Source: Polyangiaceae bacterium (GTDB lineage: Bacteria; Myxococcota_A; Polyangia; Polyangiales; Polyangiaceae). Taken from it: a DNA stretch of 64,000 nt. A program made the position numbers and the translations under genes. This document shows positions 57,103 through 64,000 of the stretch, piece after piece (the stretch's first letter is position 1; the number at the start of each line of letters is the position of its first letter). The notes under the pieces are model-generated. The model did no database searches, had not been told where the DNA came from, and worked only from the letters and a program-made list of their open reading frames with translations. The stretch lies in assembly GCA_965222375.1 (NCBI GenBank), contig CBDCTZ010000016.1, forward strand, positions 96,001 to 160,000. Reading direction: 5' to 3'.

Positions 57103-57902
57103 TGTCGGGCGCAGAGACGCCGCGTCAACTCACTGTCATGCCGCTGCTGCGGCGTGAAAGCATCGGCGACGCCTATCACGTGCTGACCTTCGAAGCCCCG
57201 AAGCCCGTACAGGCGGCCGCGGGCCAATTCGTCATGATGCGTGGGGCAGAATGGGGCGACGCGCCGCTGTTGCCTCGGCCCATGAGCTACCTGACTGCTG
57301 GTGCCACGCCGTCCATTCTGATCAAAGTGGTCGGCGAAGGCACGATACGCATGGCCCGGGCGGAACCCGGTGAACCCTTTACCCTGCTCGGCCCCTTGGG
57401 CGTGCCCTGGCGCAAACACACGCCAGATCGCACGCCGGTGCTCGTGGCGGGCGGCGTGGGAGTCGCGCCCTTGGTCTTCTTGGCGCAGCGACTGCGCGCA
57501 GAAGGCGTCAAACCCATCGCCATCTATGGCGGGCGAAGCCACAAGGACCTGCCCTTGGATGATCTGCTCGCGGAGATCTGCGACTTGCGCATCACGACCG
57601 AGGATGGTTCCCGTGGACGCAAGGGGCGGGTGACCGAGGAGTTGAAGGAGTTGCTCTCCTCAGGCCACGAGGTGTTCACCTGCGGGCCGGACCGAATGAT
57701 GGCGGCGGTGGCAGAAATCTGCGCCAAGCACGACATCCCCTGCGAAGTGTCCCTCGAGACACCCATGGCCTGCGGCTACGGAGTGTGCCTCGGGTGCCCG
57801 GTCCCGACCCGTGAAGGGGGCTACCTCTACGCCTGCACCCAGGGCCCGTGCATGGACGCACGACGGGTCAACTGGAGCGGAGCACCAGGAGCACAGTCAT
57901 GA
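57102..57902 (+). CDS. pyrK: Dihydroorotate dehydrogenase electron transfer subunit
   Basis: GQFVM, RPMS, AGGVGVAP, CGP, MACGYGVCLGC, CTQGP. Confidence 0.92.
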   Translation: MSGAETPRQLTVMPLLRRESIGDAYHVLTFEAPKPVQAAAGQFVMMRGAEWGDAPLLPRPMSYLTAGATPSILIKVVGEGTIRMARAEPGEPFTLLGPLGVPWRKHTPDRTPVLVAGGVGVAPLVFLAQRLRAEGVKPIAIYGGRSHKDLPLDDLLAEICDLRITTEDGSRGRKGRVTEELKELLSSGHEVFTCGPDRMMAAVAEICAKHDIPCEVSLETPMACGYGVCLGCPVPTREGGYLYACTQGPCMDARRVNWSGAPGAQS

Positions 57903-58804
57903 GCCGCCTAGGGATTCAAGTTGGCAACCTGAAGCTGAAGAACCCGGTTCTCACCGCTTCCGGGACCTTCGGATACGGGCTCGAGTACGACGATTTCTTC
58001 GATGTGACTGAGCTCGGCGGAATCTGCACCAAAGGACTGAGCCTGCGCCCCCGAGCGGGCAACCCACCGGAACGGATCTGTGAAACACCCGCGGGCATGC
58101 TCAACGCCATCGGCCTGGCGAATGTGGGAGTCGAGGCTTTCTGTACGGAGAAGCTGCCAGAGCTCAGGCGTCGCGGCGTTACCGTCGTCGCGAACATTTT
58201 TGCCAGCACGATAGATGACTTCGTGGCCATTGCTCAGCGCCTCGAGCAAGAAGAAGGCGTGGCTGCCATCGAGCTGAACGTGTCCTGCCCGAACGTGACC
58301 CACGGCGGCCTCGAGTTCGGCAAAGACCCGCGCTTGAGCGCCGAGGTGACGAGGGCCGTCCGCAAAGTCACGAAGGGACCGCTCTGGGTCAAGATGAGTC
58401 CGGAAGCTGGAGATCTCGCAGCCGTCGCTCGCGCTTGCGAAGAAGCCGGAGCCGATGCGCTGACCGCCATCAACACGATTCGAGGCATGTCCATCGACGT
58501 GTCGACGGCCAAGCAGCGGCTAGCCAATCGTACCGGTGGTTTCAGCGGGCCCGCGCTACGACCGGTAGCGTTACGGATCGTTTGGGACTTGGTAGACGCG
58601 GTCAAGGTCCCGATCATCGGCATCGGCGGCATCGGGACGACCCGGGATGCCCTGGAGTTCCTGATGGCCGGCGCTCACGCGATTCAGGTCGGAACCGCCA
58701 GTTTTTCGGACCCTTGTGCCGCCAAGAAGGTCCTCGATGGCCTGGCGCAGTACTGCGAGACTGAAAACACCACCATCCCCGAGCTCATCGGGCGCGCTCG
58801 TTGA
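57899..58804 (+). CDS. pyrD: Dihydroorotate dehydrogenase (class 1B)
   Basis: ASGTFG, NAIGLAN, LNVSCPN, INT, GGFSGP, GIGGI. Confidence 0.95.
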   Translation: MSRLGIQVGNLKLKNPVLTASGTFGYGLEYDDFFDVTELGGICTKGLSLRPRAGNPPERICETPAGMLNAIGLANVGVEAFCTEKLPELRRRGVTVVANIFASTIDDFVAIAQRLEQEEGVAAIELNVSCPNVTHGGLEFGKDPRLSAEVTRAVRKVTKGPLWVKMSPEAGDLAAVARACEEAGADALTAINTIRGMSIDVSTAKQRLANRTGGFSGPALRPVALRIVWDLVDAVKVPIIGIGGIGTTRDALEFLMAGAHAIQVGTASFSDPCAAKKVLDGLAQYCETENTTIPELIGRAR

Positions 58805-58856
58805 CAACCGGGCCAAACGTCGACCGGGCTGGAGATCTCTGATAAACGCCCTGCCC

Positions 58857-59618
58857 ATGGCCACCCCCGCGGCTTTGCCCCCACGTGTTTCCCGCGAAGA
58901 GCAAGCGCGCTTACTCGGCGCTGTCCTCGAGCGCGTTCGAGCCACTGACGGCGCCCGCGCGCCGGTAGCGGTTTTCGACCTTGACGGCACCTTGGTGGAC
59001 AACCGGCCGCGGACCAGTGTCATCATGCACGAGCTCGCTGAGAAGTGGAGCACGTCACATCCCCGAGAAGCGGAGCTCCTGCGCAGCATTCGATACGAGA
59101 ACCTCGACTACCTACTCGAAGGAAACCTGCGCGCAGTTGGCGTCACAGATGACACCCTGATCGCAGAAGCAATCGAGTACTGGCGCTCTCGCTTCTTCTT
59201 CGACGACTGCATGCGCCACGACATCGCTCTGCAGGGCGCACTATCCTTCGTGCGGGCTTGTCATGACGCTGGCGCCATCGTGGCCTACTTCACCGGACGG
59301 GACCTGCCGAATATGGCGCTCGGAACCCTGGCGAGTTTGCGGGATCTCGGCTTCCCAATCGGAGTGCCGGGCACCGAGCTGGTGCTCAAGCCGAACGCGG
59401 AAATGAGCGACGCCGAGTTCAAACGTGATCTCACCCCCAAGCTGGGGCGGCGCGGGGTTCTGACTGCAGCCTTCGACAACGAGCCCGGAAACTGCAACAT
59501 CTTCAAGGAGCTCTTCCCGACTACGGACGTGTTCCTCGTGCACACGCAGCATCACCCGGACGCGCCCCCGCTAGCTCCTGACATCCAGGTCATTTCGGAT
59601 TTCGAGACAGGGGCTTGA
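58857..59618 (+). CDS. HAD-superfamily hydrolase
   Basis: VFDLDGTL, YFTGR, K, AFDNE. Confidence 0.85.
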   Translation: MATPAALPPRVSREEQARLLGAVLERVRATDGARAPVAVFDLDGTLVDNRPRTSVIMHELAEKWSTSHPREAELLRSIRYENLDYLLEGNLRAVGVTDDTLIAEAIEYWRSRFFFDDCMRHDIALQGALSFVRACHDAGAIVAYFTGRDLPNMALGTLASLRDLGFPIGVPGTELVLKPNAEMSDAEFKRDLTPKLGRRGVLTAAFDNEPGNCNIFKELFPTTDVFLVHTQHHPDAPPLAPDIQVISDFETGA

Positions 59619-60916
59619 TGACGACTGCAACCTCCAGGATGACGGCACTGTGGGCAGCCACGCTGGCCCTGGCCGTCACCGCGGGTTGTCGCGAGAAGAA
59701 GACGGTTGAGGCGAAAGAGGATCAGCCGAGCCCCAACGCCAGCATCCTACCGGCCCCGATCACGTCCGGGGGTCAGCCGAGCAAACCCAAAGTCGACGCT
59801 GGCCGAGGTGGCATTCCCGCCGACAGCGCTGGCCGGCTGATCATCCCGGAGGCCGCACCACCGGTGCCTACCGTGTTGATCGACAACCGCGCCCTCGAGG
59901 CGGACCCGATCACCCAACGGGAGGGCCCCGGCGTGACGCTTCAAGCGGTCTTTCGCTGGCATGACGTTCCGCCCCCGGTTGCTGGCCCCGAGGTAGCCGA
60001 GGCTGGGTTGAAAAAGGCCCGAGAGCTGACCCAGCTGCGCGTCACCATCGACTTGGCGCCCATCGGGCGAATGCGCTTCGCGTTCTCGTCTGCCGCCTTT
60101 CCGGTTCCCAAGAACGCAGAGCTGCGAGCTTCTGAGCAGCACTACGGCCACGTATTGGTATGGCCCGACGGCCATGCCTATCGCGTGCTCGTTCCCGGCA
60201 CCCTGCGCGCTCTATTCGGCGAGCGGCGCGCGGATGCAACCCCGATGGCGGCGGGCACGGTGCGGCCGGCGGGCAAGAGCGGGCTCCTCGGTTTGGATAC
60301 CAAGAAGAGCCGCGTGAAGAGCGAATCCGGAGCTCTGATGCTCGAGCAAGCGCGCATCGCCGGAATCGGCACGAGCGGTCGCTTGTTGTGTCGCTTGCTT
60401 TTGGAACTCATTGCCGTGGAACCCATGAACGGGGTCTGCAGCGACAGCACGCCGCTGCGCGCAGAGGTGAAGACCTCGGATGGCGGCAAGCTCGGGTTCG
60501 AGGTGAAGAGCCTGGTGCGCCGTCATGACCTGCCCTACGGCCTGCTGCTCGTTCCTCCGAGCGGAACTCTGGTCAAGCCTGGAGAGCTTCCGCCGCCAGC
60601 CGCGGGGGTTTTGCTGACCCGGGGGCAACTCGCGGAGTTTCGCAGCAAGCCGGCGCCAGCTGGCAAACCCCTTCCGGACGCGCCGGGCGAAGGCCTGATC
60701 GCTGTGAATCAAACCGACACCCTGCGCTATGTACTGATTGATGGGGTGCCCGTGGCCTGGGTTCGCCCCCGCTCTGAGCAGTTCCTGATTGGCACTCAGC
60801 CCGGCCGATACAACATCGCATGGCGCGACTTCTATGGCGCGTCCACGGAGCCCGTTCGCGCGGTGAACCTGCCAGCTCGAGTGGCGATCGGCGACAAACC
60901 CGATGGGGGAACGTGA
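59618..60916 (+). CDS. Hypothetical lipoprotein
   Basis: Lipobox TAGC; coupled to the HAD gene (TGATG). Confidence 0.75.
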   Translation: MTTATSRMTALWAATLALAVTAGCREKKTVEAKEDQPSPNASILPAPITSGGQPSKPKVDAGRGGIPADSAGRLIIPEAAPPVPTVLIDNRALEADPITQREGPGVTLQAVFRWHDVPPPVAGPEVAEAGLKKARELTQLRVTIDLAPIGRMRFAFSSAAFPVPKNAELRASEQHYGHVLVWPDGHAYRVLVPGTLRALFGERRADATPMAAGTVRPAGKSGLLGLDTKKSRVKSESGALMLEQARIAGIGTSGRLLCRLLLELIAVEPMNGVCSDSTPLRAEVKTSDGGKLGFEVKSLVRRHDLPYGLLLVPPSGTLVKPGELPPPAAGVLLTRGQLAEFRSKPAPAGKPLPDAPGEGLIAVNQTDTLRYVLIDGVPVAWVRPRSEQFLIGTQPGRYNIAWRDFYGASTEPVRAVNLPARVAIGDKPDGGT

Positions 60917-60917
60917 G

Positions 60918-61541
60918 CTACGCGCTGCCCGCGGGTCTGAGCACTGCGTCGTAGTCTTCCAGCTCGTAGGTGGTTTCTTCGACGCCCGCCTGACGCATCA
61001 GGCCGCGCAGGGCCTCGTGAGCAATCTCCAGGACGTCCCAGCGGGTGCACAAGCTGTAGTACTCGTCCTCGGGCACAGGCGGGATGGCATGGAGGCGCGC
61101 TTGCATCACGTCGCGTTCGTCGGGAGCGAACTGAAGAGCGCCCGAAGGCCCGCCGTCGGCCACACCCGAGGTCAACGCCTCGTGAGCAACGCCTAAGGGA
61201 TTGAAGGCCAGGAAGACATCACTGAAACAGACCCTCCACTCGTGAATGTCAGGGCCCGGCAGATGCCAGAATCCGCCGTGCTCGCGCCGCACCAACTCAC
61301 CGAAGTAAGCACCAACAGACCGAGCGAGCAGGGGCAGTAGCTCGGGTCTCTCGATCGTACTCATTCGCGCCTGGGTCAAGTAATGGTCCACAACGGATAG
61401 GGTGTCCGGATGCAGATCGAGTTCGAAGTCGAGCGCCTGTCGCACGTAGTCCGTGCAGCTCGCGGCAAGGTCCCGCACCTCGTCCGGGCAGCCATCGATA
61501 ATCAGCTTCGGCCGCTGGCCGTCGGGCTCGTCCTCACTCAT
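60918..61541 (-). CDS. Hypothetical protein (DUF3806/DUF6278-like)
   Basis: LDLHPDTLSVVDHYL...GAYFGELVRREHGGFW. Confidence 0.6.
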   Translation of the reverse strand: MSEDEPDGQRPKLIIDGCPDEVRDLAASCTDYVRQALDFELDLHPDTLSVVDHYLTQARMSTIERPELLPLLARSVGAYFGELVRREHGGFWHLPGPDIHEWRVCFSDVFLAFNPLGVAHEALTSGVADGGPSGALQFAPDERDVMQARLHAIPPVPEDEYYSLCTRWDVLEIAHEALRGLMRQAGVEETTYELEDYDAVLRPAGSA

Positions 61542-61742
61542 GTGTATCGCGCCTAGCCTAGCGCTGCGGCGCAGGCGCGCGAAAGCCAGCGTTTTCTCCC
61601 AGCCGGAGCTATCCACATGAAAAAATGCGCAGCACTCGCTTCCCGGGCGGCCCAACTGCCGCCCAAAGGGGCAGATTTCCATCCCAAGAGTTACGTTGCG
61701 TCATGCTAGGAAGTCCCGTGGTACCCTACGAGGCCCCGCCCC

Positions 61743-62480
61743 ATGCGTCTCGGCATTCTCAGCGACATACACGCCAACTATGAAGCGCTGAGCGCCGTCA
61801 TCGAGGCATTCAAGAGCGAAGACATCGACGAGTATTACTGCTTGGGCGACACGGTCGGCTACGGCGGTTCCCCAAACGAGTGCGCGAACCTCGTGCGTGG
61901 TCTCGTCAAGGCGACCATCTTGGGCAACCACGACGCAGCCGTCGCCGGGCGAATGGACTACTCGTACTACTATGAGGCCGCTCGCAACGCCCTCGACACC
62001 CACACGCAGATGCTCTCAAAGGACAACCTCACGTGGTTGACGGATCTACCATATCAGTTGCGCCTTGATGCCGTAAACGTGCTCCTGTGCCACGGCTCGC
62101 CAATGCGCCTCGAGGAGTTCGAGTACATATTCGCTCCGGAGCAGGCCCGGGAATGCCTGCCCATCTTCGAGGACTTGGGCCACATCACGCTGATCGGCCA
62201 CTCGCATCTATGCAAGGTCTTCGCGCTGACCACCGACACGGTAGAGGAACTGCCCCCCGTGGACTTCTCTTTGGAGGCAGGCAAGAAGTACATCGTCAGC
62301 GTGGGCTCGGTTGGGCAACCGCGGGACTACGACAATCGCGCTAGCTTCACCGTCTACGATTCAGACAAGAAGCGATTCGAGTTCAAGCGGGTCGAGTACG
62401 ACATCGAAACCGCCGCTGACAAGGTGCTACGGGCCAAGCTGGAGCGTAACTTCGCTCATCGCCTGTTCATCGGCGTTTGA
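61743..62480 (+). CDS. Calcineurin-like metallophosphoesterase
   Basis: SDIHAN, LGDTVGYG, GNHD, CHGSP, GHSH, GSVGQPRD. Confidence 0.93.
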   Translation: MRLGILSDIHANYEALSAVIEAFKSEDIDEYYCLGDTVGYGGSPNECANLVRGLVKATILGNHDAAVAGRMDYSYYYEAARNALDTHTQMLSKDNLTWLTDLPYQLRLDAVNVLLCHGSPMRLEEFEYIFAPEQARECLPIFEDLGHITLIGHSHLCKVFALTTDTVEELPPVDFSLEAGKKYIVSVGSVGQPRDYDNRASFTVYDSDKKRFEFKRVEYDIETAADKVLRAKLERNFAHRLFIGV

Positions 62481-62487
62481 GTCGTCG

Positions 62488-64000
62488 GTGCTCCGGAACG
62501 GACTCGTCGCACTTGCACTAGGAGCCTGCACGGCCACGCCGCCAGGCCCAGCGTCCGGCCTGCGCCCCGGGCCCGGACCGGTGCTGCTCCCAAGCGAGCC
62601 GTCAACCACCCCGCCTGAACCGTTCATACGTCAGTCGGTCGAGTTCGGGGAGGCGCGACTCAGCTTGGGGTCGTCGGCTGTTGCGCTAGCCGCCGCACCG
62701 CGAACCACTCGCTTCTTGGTGCTTGCTCACCCTTACGTGTTTGTCGTGGACGCGACGGCGAACAAAGTGCTGCACGAGTGGCGGCAACCTTGTTTCAACG
62801 GAGTCGCAGGCGCTTGGACCAGTAATGGGGCTTCGGTTCTTATCGTGTGCAACAGCGAGAATCAGAAGAGCCAAGTCGTGCGGGCGTCGCCGCAGGGACG
62901 TCCGTTGTGGCGCAGCGAGGTTGATGGCCGGGTCCACAGTATTGCGTCGTTCGGGGATCGCATTCTTTTGGGTACGGAGAGCAGCGCGCAAGGCAGCGCC
63001 ACCAAGTCCGGGCTGTGGGCCGGAGGAGTCAGAACTGGCCGGTTTCGCCTCGTGCAGCCCGGCATGCACGCAGAGGACATCGGTTTCTTCGATGAGGGTA
63101 CGGCCGTAGTTTTGGATGACCGAGGCTCCGTATTTCGCGTGGACCTGGACACCCGACGGACGACACGTTTCGATCACGGACACAGCGTCAGGGTCGCGCC
63201 CCAGTCGCGCGTCGCGGTCGTATCCAGATCCGATGGCTTGGTGGTCTACCATCGAACGTTGACGAAACCGGCCGCATTGGGCAAAACTCCTGTGTCTGCG
63301 CGGAAGAGCGAGGACGAACCTGGCCAGTTTCGCGTCCGTGGGCTCAGCTCCGATGGCGTCTTCCTACTGCTATCCGCCGCAATGAAGGGCACCCACGAAG
63401 TCTGGAAACGAAGCGGCAAGCAGCTGCGACGTATCGCGAGGCTCCGTTCTGATGGCGGAATGGCTGGTCTCAGTTGGGATGGCAAACGGGTTGCAACCTT
63501 CGGCCTCTATAACGACGTCGTTCGTTTTCGCTCCGCAGTGGACCCAGACGCGCGATGGACGGCGCACGATGCTCGAATTGGCGCGCTGGCGGCATCCGCC
63601 GACGGCAAGCGCATCGCTAGCGTCGACGTGTCTGGGCGGCTGTTCGTCTGGGACCGGCAGCGAGGCAAAGTTCTGCACACCAGCAAGCCGTTTGGAATCC
63701 TGGGCTTTGGGAATCAATCCCTGCGCTGGTCGGCACTGAACGCTCTGACGCTGTACAATCGTGGACGGCGCGTAAGGCTCGATGTCGACACGGGTGTTTC
63801 ACGGGAAGACCGCAACCCCTTTCCCCGCGGAACCATCCAGGCCGGAGGCACTTCCCTCGTGGTGCTGCCCAACGGTGGCGCGAGACTATGGCAGTTGGGC
63901 CAGGCGCCGAAACTGCTAGTCGGAGTGCTAGATCCGATCTGCAAGCAAGCGACCGCCTCCTTGACTGGCGCTGTCGCCTGCACGAATGGCGAAAGCCTCG
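62488..64000 (+). CDS. WD40/beta-propeller lipoprotein running off the window end; not in ORF track
   Basis: Manual translation from GTG 62488 has no stop: (V)LRNGLVALALGAC lipobox; WTAHDARIGALAASADGKRIASVDVSGRLFVWD. Confidence 0.8.
   Translation, partial: MLRNGLVALALGACTATPPGPASGLRPGPGPVLLPSEPSTTPPEPFIRQSVEFGEARLSLGSSAVALAAAPRTTRFLVLAHPYVFVVDATANKVLHEWRQPCFNGVAGAWTSNGASVLIVCNSENQKSQVVRASPQGRPLWRSEVDGRVHSIASFGDRILLGTESSAQGSATKSGLWAGGVRTGRFRLVQPGMHAEDIGFFDEGTAVVLDDRGSVFRVDLDTRRTTRFDHGHSVRVAPQSRVAVVSRSDGLVVYHRTLTKPAALGKTPVSARKSEDEPGQFRVRGLSSDGVFLLLSAAMKGTHEVWKRSGKQLRRIARLRSDGGMAGLSWDGKRVATFGLYNDVVRFRSAVDPDARWTAHDARIGALAASADGKRIASVDVSGRLFVWDRQRGKVLHTSKPFGILGFGNQSLRWSALNALTLYNRGRRVRLDVDTGVSREDRNPFPRGTIQAGGTSLVVLPNGGARLWQLGQAPKLLVGVLDPICKQATASLTGAVACTNGESL

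Overview
High-GC bacterial chromosomal window. Ser/Thr kinases, many Gly/Ser-linker and Cys-rich lipoproteins and a DUF4388-type regulator suggest Myxococcota, probably Polyangiaceae-like (inference). Housekeeping genes: serS, rnr, add, a dnaJ/cbpA-type gene, rpoZ, tRNA-Ser(TGA), aspS, rimI, pyrK and pyrD. Two real genes are absent from the ORF track because they run off the window edges: a PAPS-dependent sulfotransferase (1..885, minus) and a WD40 lipoprotein (62488..64000, plus). Most notable: (1) a B12-binding radical SAM gene tightly coupled to the sulfotransferase; (2) five genes followed by a copy of their own 3' end, one pair flanking about 1 kb of cargo; (3) a minimal, degenerate chemosensory cluster; (4) an AT-rich palindrome CTTATATGC-N5-GCATATAAG found twice, 13 kb apart; (5) a cytochrome-like/DUF1501-like envelope operon; (6) a Cys-rich ECF sigma factor divergent from a SnoaL gene; (7) a Tat-signal PLP enzyme; (8) a gene-fragment zone downstream of tRNA-Ser; (9) many apparent leaderless promoters. 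No CRISPR array, intact transposase, integrase or rRNA was seen. Family names come from motif recognition by eye, not database searches, and many start codons are best guesses.
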